In this document: one piece after another, positions 1 through 8,921 of the stretch | Layout of the letters: every line of letters starts with the position of its first letter | How positions within the stretch are numbered: position 1 is the first letter of the stretch | NCBI GenBank assembly: GCA_963828155.1 | Contig: CAWHDQ010000001.1 | Span: forward strand, 643,684-707,683 | Length of the DNA stretch: 64,000 nt | Direction of reading: 5' to 3' | Source: an uncultured Planctomycetaceae bacterium | GTDB taxonomy: Bacteria; Planctomycetota; Planctomycetia; Pirellulales; PALSA-1355 | Translations under genes and position numbers: made by a program | The notes under the pieces: generated by a model | Told to the model about the DNA's origin: nothing | Database searches by the model: none | The model's input: only the letters and a program-made list of their open reading frames with translations

Positions 1-117
1 ACGAGCTCGACGGTGTCGAGACCCACGATGCCACCTCCTCGAGACGTAGCAGTAATCGAGGATCGGAACGAGCGCCAAGCCATTTTCTCATTTCCAGAGG
101 ACGCGCTGCAAGACCCT

Positions 118-1390
118 TCAGCGCCCGCGGCGACACTGCGGTGCTGTGGGCCCACCCCCTCGACTTCGCGGCATGCTTGTTCCAATGCGGCGCGCGCTCG
201 AACCGGCCGGCCAGGTCGCGGCAGCGCTGCTGCACGTCGGGCGAGTCGAGCAACTGTTCCAGCGCGGCGGCAATCCGCGGAGCGCGGAACTGCTTGGGCC
301 ATAGCGTCAGACCCACGCCCAGCCGCCGCAGCCGGGCCGCATTGTCCGGCTGGTCGTGGCTCATCGGCATTGCCAAATGGGGAATGCCGGCTGCCAGTCC
401 CTGGGCCAACGTGCCGATGCCCGCGTGATGCACGATCGCCGCCGACCGTGGGGCGAGCCAGGAGAGCGGCACGAATTCGACGTGCAATACGTCGTCGGGC
501 AGCCGGTCGGGCAGTTGCTCCGGATGCCGCGTCAGCAGGACTCCGCGCCGCCGCAGCCGCTTGCAGGCCTCGACCGCCTCGCGAAAAAATTCGTGCCCGT
601 GGAGCATCGCCGAGCCGGGCGTGAACACGATCGGCGGCGGGCCGGCGGCCAGGAACGTCTCCAACTCCGCCGGCACATCGCTATAGCCGGTTTCATCCCA
701 GAGCGGAAAGCCGGTCAGCACGACTTGCGGCGGCCAGTCGGGCTGCAGTGGAGCAAACCAATCGGGAAACAGCCCGATCACCCGATCCGGCGCATTCCAC
801 CAGCGATCGGCAATATGCCGCACCGGTCCGAGGCCATGCTTGGCGCGGAATCCGGTCAACCCACGGTTGATCAGTCGGTCGATCAGCAGCAGGTCGACGA
901 GTTGGAACTGGAGCTGCTTGAGCGGACGCGGCGCCCAGTTGCCCAGTTGCCAGGGGCCGAGCACCGGCGTGTCGTGCATGCTCCGCAGCACCGAGGGCTG
1001 CAAGTGAAACGTGACCAGCCGCAGCCCCAGCTGTTCCTGAGCCACCCGGGCCCCCAGCGCCGTACAAGGGGCGACGATCACCGCGTCGTCCTGGGCGGCG
1101 AAGGCGGCCGCCATGTCATAGAGCAGATCCAGCTTGGGCAGCAGCAGATAGTCGATCATGAACCGCAGCCCGCGCGTCGGGTGCCACAGGTCGGGATCTT
1201 CCATTGCCTGCCGCAGCTCTTCGGCGGTGCCGACCGGCTCGAAGCCCAGGCCGACGCGGCGGACCAGCGGCTCGAACTGCGGATTGGTGGCCACCGTCAC
1301 CCGGTGCCCACGGCCGGCGAGCGCGAGCCCCAGCCCGACGACCGGATGGACGTCGCCGGCGCTGCCCAGGCCCATCAGCAAGATATTCAA
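118..1390 (-). CDS. GT1-family glycosyltransferase, RhlB-like (rhamnosyltransferase chain B / MGT family); 3' end uncertain
   Basis: Absent from the ORF track because the frame stays open to the left window edge. My minus-strand translation from TTG at 1390 (GGAG about 9 nt upstream) gives MNILLMGLGSAGDVHPVVGLGLALAGRGHRVTV...LFPDWFAPLQPDWPPQVVLTGFPLWD...IVHHAGIGTLAQGLAAGIPHLAMPMSHDQPDNAARLRRLG. This is colinear with the motifs I recall for Pseudomonas RhlB and MGT glycosyltransferases. After ...AGRFERA (about 190-200) a different frame reads more naturally (AALEQACREVEGV), which suggests an indel. The first stop in an alternative frame is at 118. Confidence 0.7.
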
Positions 1391-1629
1391 ACGGGCAACT
1401 CCGAGGGCGATTCGGAAAGACACCAGCGCTCAGGGCGCTCGCCGAATTGTACCGGCGGATATGGCGGCGCGACGAGGAGGAGATACGGGGGATGCCGGCA
1501 GGGGATACGGGAGATGACGGCGGAGAGTGAGGCCGGCAAGTCCGCAGTCGAGCGGGCTAAAGGGGCCGGCGGGCGGCGAGAAATGTTGTCGGCAGGGTAG
1601 CTGCTTGCGTCGGCGAGCCGGGATGTCGT

Positions 1630-2742
1630 TCAATACCCCGGCGTCATGTTAACGCTGACCATGCGGGGAGCCACGCGGGCCAATTCCTTGCCGTTCTTGT
1701 CGTAGGCGATGCCGATCAGCAGATGCTCGCCCGGCGCGGCGAGGTCGCTGGGCCACTCGGCTCGGGCCCGCTGGAAATGGCCTTCGGCATTCAGGGTTTC
1801 GACCTTGCCTTCGAACTCGCCCAGCTGGCCGCCGTCGAGATCCACCAGGCGGAACACATACTTGCCGATCGCTTCGGCCTGATTGGGTGGCACGGCCATC
1901 AGGCCGGTGACGAAGGCCTTGGTGCCCTGGGTCCAGGCCGTGTCGCAGCGGACGGGCATCATCACCGCTCCGCATTGCCGCCAGTCGGCCGGATCGATTC
2001 GGTCGACCAACTGCACTTTGCCCTGCGAGGCCGGCTGCTGCACGGAGAGCGGGCTGCCGTAGGCAAACGTGCGATAGGTCCGCGCCGCGCCGTCGCTATA
2101 GCAGAGTTCCGCATCGAGCGCGATGACGGCATTCAGCGCCGGCTTGAAGTCGGGAAAGTTGGCCCAAGGCAGCTTGAACTCGACCTCGGCTCCATAGCTG
2201 GTTTGCCGGGCGGCGACTTCCACGCCCGTGCCGGGAATTGCCTGCAGCATGTCGGGCCGCAGGCACCAGCGTGGCTTGAGGTCGGCGCCCTTATAGGCCG
2301 TCCAATACATGTGGACCGCGCCGGGCCCCCAGCTGGCAGCCCGGAAATTGTCGCCCCGCCGGGTGTCGAAATACCACTCGACGCCATCCCCTTCCCAGAG
2401 CTGGTTGTCGGGGGCCGGGTTGGCCTGCTTCTTGTCGAGCGTCCGCAGGCCGGCGTAGAAGGCCGTCTCGTCCCACATGTAGAAGAACTGGGCTGCCCGA
2501 TTCTCAACGTCCTGCTCGAAGTAGCCGACTGGCGTGCAGAAGGCGTCCTTGAACTCCGCCAGATCGCCGTCAATCTTCATCTGCGCCGGGGCCCGGGTGG
2601 CTAGCCCGCGCACGCCGGGCGTCAGCTCGGAGGCGGGTGCGGAGCAGGAGTAAAGGCTCAAGGCGATCGCGGCGCAGAATGCGGATCTCCAAGGGCGCTG
2701 TGGCGCCAACGCGACTGTTGCGAGCATGATGCGATCCTTCAT
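1630..2742 (-). CDS. secreted CBM9-like / DOMON-like carbohydrate-binding domain protein
   Basis: ORF 1630..2784, with the probable start at MKDRIMLATV. It has a signal-like N-terminus. IDGDLAEFKDAF...FYMWDETAFYAGLRTLDKK...WEGDGVEWYF resembles carbohydrate-binding family 9. The frame is intact. Confidence 0.7.
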   Translation of the reverse strand: MKDRIMLATVALAPQRPWRSAFCAAIALSLYSCSAPASELTPGVRGLATRAPAQMKIDGDLAEFKDAFCTPVGYFEQDVENRAAQFFYMWDETAFYAGLRTLDKKQANPAPDNQLWEGDGVEWYFDTRRGDNFRAASWGPGAVHMYWTAYKGADLKPRWCLRPDMLQAIPGTGVEVAARQTSYGAEVEFKLPWANFPDFKPALNAVIALDAELCYSDGAARTYRTFAYGSPLSVQQPASQGKVQLVDRIDPADWRQCGAVMMPVRCDTAWTQGTKAFVTGLMAVPPNQAEAIGKYVFRLVDLDGGQLGEFEGKVETLNAEGHFQRARAEWPSDLAAPGEHLLIGIAYDKNGKELARVAPRMVSVNMTPGY

Positions 2743-2782
2743 GAGCGCATGGGGAACTTGACGCGATGTTAACGTGCGCCAC

Positions 2783-2905
2783 AACCCTCACCCTGCCCTC
2801 TCCCTGAAAGGGAGAGGGAATTCGTCCGAACCCCGTGTCCCTGCCAGGCAGACGGAATTCGTCCGGCCCCCTCTCCCTTTCAGGGAGAGGGTTGGGGTGA
2901 GGGTT
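2783..2905. repeat. nested palindromic REP-like element ('PLPEGEG'-type)
   Basis: The left arm is aaccctcaccctgccctctccctGAAAgggagaggg and the right arm is ccctctcccTTTCagggagagggttggggtgagggtt. The two arms are reverse complements, and each arm contains its own small hairpin. A direct ggaattcgtccg repeat lies in the spacer. The track ORF through it (2570..2944) gives the NPHPNPLPERERG-type peptide typical of spurious ORFs over such repeats. Confidence 0.7.
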
Positions 2906-2907
2906 TG

Positions 2908-2941
2908 TCGAGTCGACCCTATTTGGGTCGACTCGATTTTT
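2908..2941 (+). terminator. canonical intrinsic-terminator hairpin (plus-strand orientation)
   Basis: The stem is tcgagtcgaccc (2908-2919) paired with gggtcgactcga (2925-2936), a 12-bp perfect stem with a 5-nt loop, followed by TTTTT (2937-2941). Both flanking genes are on the minus strand, so its target transcript is unclear. Confidence 0.4.
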
Positions 2942-2962
2942 CATCGCCTTGATCCGACTTCT

Positions 2963-4362
2963 CTACTTCTTATCCTGCGTCGTCACCGGAAAGCTGTCGG
3001 TCCGGAACGGCGAGGCGGGCAGACCTTCCTTGTTCCACAGGTTGCCCAGCGGATAGTTGGCCCAGCCGTAGCGGACGGCTTTCGGTTCGGCCACCTTATC
3101 GCTCGAGACGACGACCGTATCGCCCTCGATCTTGGCCGTGGCGGGATAGAACTTCTTGTCCTCGCCGGCAACCGTGAAGTCGGCCAGCTCGCCGTCCTTG
3201 GCCACCAGACCGGTGCCGACGTGCTTGAAGTGCACGATCACCTTGTTGCCGCTGACGGTCATGTTGTCGTAAATCGGGCCGGAGTAGACGATCTTCTCGT
3301 CGTATCCCAGCGCCCGGGCGGCCAGGGCCAGCCGCTCGCCCACCTCGCGTTTGCGCTGCGGGTGAATGTCCTTCTCGTCGCCCAGGTCGGTGATGACGGC
3401 CAGCCCGACGCTCGGCACGCTATTGCTGGTGAACAGCTGGGCGTCGCGGAGCTCGGCCCAGCCGCTTTCGGTCGGCTCCTTTTGAATCTGCATGAACGGA
3501 GCCAACTGCACGACCAGGAAGGGGAAATTGCCCTGGCCCCAGTTGTCGCGCCAGCACTTGATCATCGCCGGAAACAGCGTGCGATACTGCCACGAGCGGT
3601 CGGCGTTCGATTCACCCTGGTACCAGATCGCGCCCTTGATGGGGAACTTGGTCAGCGGGGCGATCATCGCGTTCCACAGATCGGTCGCGCCCTGGGTGGG
3701 CTTCATTTCCTTCAACTCGGGCTCGGCCTCGATCGCTTCCTTGCTCATCCACCGCTCGGCCGTGGTGCCGCCGATGTTCGAACTGATCAGGCCGATCGGC
3801 ACGTGCCGGGCCTTTTCCAGATCGCGGCCGAAGTAGTAGCCAACCGCCGTGAACGTGTTGACGTTCTGCGGGCTGGCCAATTGCCAACTGCCGCCGACGT
3901 CCGAGTCGGGCGCTCCATTGCCGCGGCGGGGGACGGTGAACAAGCGGATCGGGTCCGATTCTTTGGCCGCTTCGAGGGCTTCCTTGGCGCGGCGCTTTGA
4001 TGGACTTCCCACTGCATGTTCGACTGGCCGCCGCAAACCCAGACGTCGCCCACCAGCAGGTTCTTGAGTTCCAGCTTCTGGTCCCCTTGGGTGATGGTCA
4101 TCTGGAAGGGGCCGCCGGCTTTGAGCGGAGCGAGCTCGACCTGCCACTTGCCGTCCTTGGGCGTGGCGGTGAGGTCCTGGCCCTCGAACTGGACCTTGAC
4201 CGGGTCGGCCTTGTCAGTGGTGCCCCAGACCGGAACCTTCTGACCTTGTTGCAACACGGCGTTGTCGGTGAACAAGCCGTGCGGCTTGAGCGCCGCGGCG
4301 GCGTGCGAACAGTAGATCGACAGCAGTCCCAAAGAGACAGCCAGCGTCAGGCGTCGGATCAT
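2963..4362 (-). CDS. sialate O-acetylesterase (SASA/DUF303 family), one frame disruption
   Basis: I joined ORFs 3787..4362 and 2963..4147. The N-terminal signal is MIRRLTLAVSLGLLSIYCSHAAA. The motifs are VCGGQSNMQWEV and GAIWYQGESNA. The frames switch near 3988-3995 (..QWEV / SKRRAKEALEAAKESDPIRLFTV). Confidence 0.85.
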
Positions 4363-4441
4363 CGCGAATCTCCTCGGTCGAAAGGTATTGGAACGGGTGC
4401 AATTCCAAGCGAGCCGTGCCGCCGGTTGAGAGCCAATCCGA

Positions 4442-4518
4442 GAACGGTCTCAGAGAGAGGGGGACAGTCCCATTTTGCTCCGCAGACTGCGCAAAATCGG
4501 GACAGTCCCCGACCGTTC
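4442..4518 (+). repeat. GGGACAGTCCC-box palindromic element, copy A
   Basis: The sequence is gaacggtctc..gGGGACAGTCCCATTTTGCtccgcagactGCGCAAAATcGGGACAGTCCCCgaccgttc. The outer arms gaacggtc/gaccgttc and the inner ATTTTGC/GCAAAAT pair are inverted repeats. It lies in a divergent intergenic region (4363-4798). It is about 90% identical to copy B. Confidence 0.8.
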
Positions 4519-4798
4519 GTGGATCGGCTCTAAGGACCTGCAGCGGGCCGAGGCATCATGTTACCCGGGCCGTTTGCGGTCTGCACCTGCCCTGGGGGGA
4601 AATTTTTTTCCGGCCGTGAGTTCCGATCATTGACGGAGCCAAGCCCCTTGGACGCCCCGCCCGGATGGCAAATCCCCGGGGGAAACTTGCGAGTCCGGCT
4701 GATCTGCGCCAGAATGGTGGCCGCCAGAACATTGGCGGAACGTGCGCTCGTTCGCTCCATCCACCCTTCGCACCCGATCCACCTGGGAGAATCCGGCC

Positions 4799-5785
4799 AT
4801 GACCTTTCGTGCCCTGTCGTTTGCCCGTCTGCTCGCCGCACTGCTATTGGCGGTCTCGTGTTCCGCGCTGTCCGCCTGGGCCCTGGAGCCCAAGGACGCC
4901 GAGCCGACCGATCCGGACTACAAAACCCAGGGCGAATACACCGGCTCGGTCAAGCTGCCCGACGGCGAGCAGCCGATCGGCGTGCAAGTGATCGCGCAGG
5001 GCAAAGGCAAGTTCAAGGCCGTGGCCTACGTGGGCGGGTTGCCCGGCGACGGTTGGGACCAGAGCCCCAAGCGGTCGGCCGATGGCGAGCTCAAGGACGG
5101 CGCAGTTTCGTTCGCGGGCGATCAGCACCTCGGCTCGCTCAAGGACGGCGTGCTGACGATCAGCGTCGGCGGCGTGAAGATCGCCGAGCTGAAAAAAGTC
5201 GACCGCACCAGCCCGACGCTGGGGGCCAAGCCGCCGGAAGGAGCCGTGGTGCTGTTCGACGGCACGAGCCCCGACAAGTTCGACGGGGGCCGGATGACCG
5301 AAGACGGCCTGCTGCTGCAAGGGGTGACCAGCAAGCCCAAGTTCCAGAGCGGCACCCTGCACATCGAGTTCAAGACGCCGTTCATGCCCGAGGCTCGCGA
5401 TCAGGGGCGCGGCAACAGCGGCTGCTATCTGCAAGGGCGATATGAGACGCAGATTCTCGATTCGTTCGGCCTGGAAGGCAAGGACAACGAGGCGGGCGGA
5501 ATTTACTCGATCAAGGCCCCCGACCTGAACATGTGCCTGCCGCCGGGCGCCTGGCAGACGTACGACATCGACTTCACCGCAGTCAAATACGACGGCGGCA
5601 AGAAGGTTCAGGACGCCACGATGACCGTCAAGCACAACGGCGTCGTGGTGCAAAAGGACGTCAAGCTGACGCACGCGACCACGGCGGCGCCGGTGGGTGA
5701 AGGGCCCGAGCCCGGCCCGATCTATCTGCAAGACCACGGCAATCCGGTCCGCTTCCGCAATATCTGGTTCGTCGAGAAGAAGTAA
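4799..5785 (+). CDS. DUF1080 (3-keto-disaccharide hydrolase-like) secreted protein
   Basis: The ATG at 4799 is preceded by gggaga. The signal is MTFRALSFARLLAALLLAVSCSALSAWA. The C-terminal domain carries GNSGCYLQGRYETQILDS...IYLQDHGNPVRFRNIWF, which is typical of DUF1080. The frame is intact. Confidence 0.85.
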   Translation: MTFRALSFARLLAALLLAVSCSALSAWALEPKDAEPTDPDYKTQGEYTGSVKLPDGEQPIGVQVIAQGKGKFKAVAYVGGLPGDGWDQSPKRSADGELKDGAVSFAGDQHLGSLKDGVLTISVGGVKIAELKKVDRTSPTLGAKPPEGAVVLFDGTSPDKFDGGRMTEDGLLLQGVTSKPKFQSGTLHIEFKTPFMPEARDQGRGNSGCYLQGRYETQILDSFGLEGKDNEAGGIYSIKAPDLNMCLPPGAWQTYDIDFTAVKYDGGKKVQDATMTVKHNGVVVQKDVKLTHATTAAPVGEGPEPGPIYLQDHGNPVRFRNIWFVEKK

Positions 5786-5819
5786 CGCTCGGCAATGCGC
5801 CGCGGCGAGGAAGGCTGCG

Positions 5820-6242
5820 ATGGCCGACGCCGAGCACCGCTCGCCGGACGAACAAGAACGTGCTGACGACGGGGCGCCGCTCGAATTGGAGCCCCCGAGG
5901 ACGCCGCCACCGTCCGCGGAACAGCCAATCGAACAGACGGGTCGGGCGGCCCCCGAAGAACCAACCGCGAGCGGTACCGCCGGCGAGCGCGAGGCCCCGC
6001 CCGATTGGGACCGCGGTTATTCGCTGGCCCAGTTGTTTGTGCTGTTGGTGGTGGTCTCGGCGCTGTTGGCCGTGCTGCGGATGTTTTCGCCGCAGATCGC
6101 CGCGGGTGTGGCGGGCCTGGTGGTGCTAGCCGGGCTGGTCTTCATGTCCTTGACCGATCCGCCGGCAATCATCCGCCTGGCGTGGTGGGTGCTGCTGGGC
6201 GTCTATCTGCTGGCGGCCGCGTTCGCGGTGGCGCGCGGTTGA
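5820..6242 (+). CDS. hypothetical membrane protein (acidic/Pro-rich N-terminus, 3 predicted TM helices)
   Basis: This lies within ORF 5697..6242, with an ATG at 5820 (MADAEHRSPDEQ...). The C-terminal half is hydrophobic (LAQLFVLLVVVSALLAVL.., VAGLVVLAGLVFM.., WWVLLGVYLLAAAFAV). Confidence 0.5.
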   Translation: MADAEHRSPDEQERADDGAPLELEPPRTPPPSAEQPIEQTGRAAPEEPTASGTAGEREAPPDWDRGYSLAQLFVLLVVVSALLAVLRMFSPQIAAGVAGLVVLAGLVFMSLTDPPAIIRLAWWVLLGVYLLAAAFAVARG

Positions 6243-6280
6243 ATAGCCCGCGTCCCGCAGGCTGCAAGAGAAGCGTGTGC

Positions 6281-6541
6281 TTACGCCGCTCGGCGAAATC
6301 CGACGGCCGACCGCAACTGCGGGCTCATGCTAGCGGTGGCGCCTGGGCCCAGACGCCGCAGGCACTCGACCACCGCCGCAAGCTGCTCGCGTGCTGGCTC
6401 GGCCAGGTCCAGAAAAATCCAGTGCTGCCCTTTGAGCTCGCAGCTGCCGCTGCCGCGGCCGTCGAGCCATTCTTGCCGGACCTTGAAGCCCAGCCGTTCG
6501 GCCAGCTCGAGGGCTTCTTCGAGCATTTCCACCGTGTGCAT
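6281..6541 (-). CDS. small hypothetical protein
   Basis: The 86-aa ORF has a protein-like composition (MHTVEMLEEALELAERLGFKVRQEWLDGRGSGSCELKGQHWIFLDLAEP..). I do not recognise any domain. Confidence 0.45.
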   Translation of the reverse strand: MHTVEMLEEALELAERLGFKVRQEWLDGRGSGSCELKGQHWIFLDLAEPAREQLAAVVECLRRLGPGATASMSPQLRSAVGFRRAA

Positions 6542-6573
6542 GGGAACCTCGCTTGCGGTAAGAGCCTAGCCGA

Positions 6574-6648
6574 GAGCCGTCTCGGAGAAGGGGACAGTTC
6601 CATTTTGCTCCGCCTGCTGCGCAAAATTGGGACAGTCCCCGACCGTTC
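6574..6648 (+). repeat. GGGACAGTCCC-box palindromic element, copy B
   Basis: The sequence gagccgtctcggagaaGGGGACAGTTCCATTTTGCtccgcctgctGCGCAAAATtGGGACAGTCCCCgaccgttc has the same orientation and architecture as copy A. It also sits in a divergent intergenic region (6542-6883). Confidence 0.8.
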
Positions 6649-6883
6649 TCGGCCAGGCTCTCGTGCGACCAACCCAGGGCCAATAAAAGGGTGCGGATTA
6701 TAGCGAGGCATGCTCCAGTCGCGAAGGCTTCCTCGTCGATACCGTTTGACGAGCGGATAAGCCGAAACGACGTCATGATTTAAGGCAAGTGGTCCAGGCA
6801 AGATCGCGACTTGGCGGCGGACAGCGCAGCCGAGCGGGTGGTCGGCCTTTGGGCAAGTTTTGACGGCCGGAGCAAGTGAACGC

Positions 6884-7701
6884 ATGGCGGCGAACGACGA
6901 ACGCAATCTGTCGTTGGAAGAACAAGTGCAGCTGCTCAAGGAGCAATTGGCCCGCACCCAGAAGCTGACCGCTCTGGGCGAGCTGGTCAGCACGACCACG
7001 CACGAGTTCAACAACGTGCTGATGACGATCATCAACTACGCCAAGATGGGCTCCCGCCATCGCGATCAGGCGACCCGCGACAAGGCGTTCAAAAAATCCT
7101 CGCCGCGGGCAACCGAGCCGCCAAGATCACCAACGGCATTCTCGGCTTTGCCCGCAATCGCTCGGCCGGGCAGGAGCCGACCGATCTGGTCAAGCTGGTC
7201 GACGACTCGCTGTTGCTGCTGGAACGCGAGATGGCCAAGTACCGGATCTCGATCGACAAGCAATTGGCCCCCGTGCCCTTGGCCCACGTCAACAGCAATC
7301 AGATCCAGCAAGTGCTGATCAATCTGCTGGTCAATGCCCGGCAGGCGATGCCCTCCGGCGGGCAGATATTGATTCGCCTGGCACACGATCCGGCGGCCGG
7401 AAGCGTCGATCTGACGGTCCGCGACAACGGCACGGGCATCCCGGCCGACAAGTTGCCGCGAATCTTCGACCGCTTCTACACGACCAAGCAAGGACCCGAT
7501 GCCAGCGGCAAGGGAGGCACCGGGCTCGGACTGGCCTTTTGCCGCGACGTGATCGAAGCCCATCAGGGCCGGATTCGCGTGGAAAGCACGCCGGGTAAAG
7601 GAACGGCTTTCATTCTCAAGTTGCCGGCGGCAGTTCCAGCCCCTGCCCCACAGGCGCAGGCTTCGACCACGGCGGCGTACGTTAGCGGCGCCGCACGCTG
7701 A
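6884..7701 (+). CDS. soluble sensor histidine kinase (HisKA + HATPase_c, no obvious sensor domain), one frame disruption
   Basis: I joined ORFs 6860..7318 and 7213..7701. There is a short coiled coil, then the H-box LGELVSTTTHEFNNVLMTIINY. The N-box is QVLINLLVNARQAM, the G1 box is DNGTGI and the G2 box is GTGLGLAF. The frame is broken in the A6 run at 7091-7096; A7 would restore KAFKKILAAGNRAAKITNGILGFAR. No response regulator is adjacent. Confidence 0.8.
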
Positions 7702-7838
7702 CGGGTGCGGCCCAACGACCACTGCGCGGGAAGTCGCGGCGACCGAGTGCGGCAGCCCATGCTTGGAGTGTGCCGACTTCGGGCCACGTGGCCCCGGGCG
7801 GTCCGGCGACAACCACGGCGAGCTGAGGGGCCGCTTGA

Positions 7839-8485
7839 TTACAGCGGTCGCGGCGGCACGAAGGCCGCGAATCGCGACTGCAGCTGGCCGATGATTTCCT
7901 GCTCCAGGGCGATGTCGCGCCCCAGCGGAATCCAGCCGAGCGTGGGCTGCTGTCCGCCGACCGGATCGACGAATCGGCGGAGCGAGTCGTCGTTCCGCAG
8001 CGTGGCAGCGCGGCTGGCCGAGCCGACCTCGGGCCGAGCACGTCTTCGAGCTCTTTGAACACGGCCACGTCGACCAAAAAACCCGCCTCGACCGGGATCA
8101 CCCGCAGAAGGCTCGGCGGCGCACCGATTGCAGCGTGCCTTCGAACTTCTCGTAGAAATTGACCGCGTCGCGATTCCAGGGCTCCAGCAAGGTCGAGCCG
8201 CCGCGGGGGAAGCTCTCGATTTGCCCCTCGACCAGCACGTCTCCTTCCAATCGCACGGGCAGCTCGCGATCGACCTTGAAATAATCGTCCACCACGTCGA
8301 TCACCGTCTCGAATACCAGATCGCGGATTTTGATTGGGGATCAGGGCCGGGTTGTTTTGAATGACCGGCAGCGGGGCGAACGCGGCCTCGGGCGGAACAT
8401 AGTTCGCCCCAAACCAATTCAGGCAGCCGCCGAATGCCATCAGGCAGAGCGCTGCCAGTGCCGCCCCGACGTGCGCAGGATTCAC
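7839..8485 (-). CDS. hypothetical lipoprotein, about 3 frame disruptions
   Basis: A GTG at 8485 gives (M)NPAHVGAALAALCLMAFGGC, a lipobox. Pieces from three frames join colinearly: ..VIQNNPALIP / IKIRDLVFETVIDVVDDYFKVDRELPVRLEGDVLVEGQIESFPRGGSTLLEPWNRDAVNFYEKFEGTLQSVRRRA / VIPVEAGFLVDVAVFKELEDV / EVGSASRAATLRNDDSLRRFVDPVGGQQPTLGWIPLGRDIALEQEIIGQLQSRFAAFVPPRPL, ending at a stop (7839). The junctions are at about 8335, 8105 and 8035. Confidence 0.55.
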
Positions 8486-8921
8486 CCGGCTCGGACTGCA
8501 AGCCGTCGGCCGCGAGAGAGCCGGCGTCGGATTCGGGGGTTTTGGCCGCGCGGCGCATGCGATGAACTGGCCGGGTCTGAAATTTGCCCGAACGGGGAGC
8601 TGATTTCCGGAGAAAGGGGCGGCTAGTGTGACGAAATCGCCTGGCCGCGACAAGGCCAACACGCGCAGGAATGCCCAGTTCGCCCCGGCCCCGTGGGATT
8701 CGCCGCAATGGGCCCTCTAGGGGATTATCGGCAGGTCTGGATCGACGGTCCGAAAGGCCTAGGATCAGACCGTGGGCGGCCCAAATGGCGGAATCGCGAA
8801 ACTTTTTCGGCCGCTCGAACGTCATAGGGGTAGGCCGCTTCGTGTTTTTTGCCCGCGATCGCGCTGCGGATTCTGTGCGCTCGTGCTGGCATGGTCGGGA
8901 CCCCGCAGGGAGATTCGTGCG

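Noticed and set aside
1-110. A possible acyl/peptidyl carrier protein start on the minus strand (..GIVGLDTVELV at the very edge).
   Set aside because: Only about 30 codons are visible, the frame is ambiguous, and the Ser of a DSL/DSV phosphopantetheine motif is not visible. The evidence is insufficient.
356-1600. A 414-aa plus-strand ORF, along with the overlapping ORFs 13..624 and 1158..1530.
   Set aside because: It is Arg/Pro/Gly-rich shadow reading of the high-GC antisense strand. The minus strand here encodes a well-formed RhlB-like glycosyltransferase.
2570-2944. ORFs running through the repeat elements: 2570..2944 and 2774..4000 (NPHPNPLPERERG), 4416..4619 (GTVPFCSADCAKSGQSP), and 29312..29530 with 28729..29220 (FLWFLWPIF / FRVFRGQS).
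   Set aside because: The peptides are by-products of palindromic intergenic repeats. The same sequence reads through on both strands, there is no start context, and the ORFs overlap real genes.
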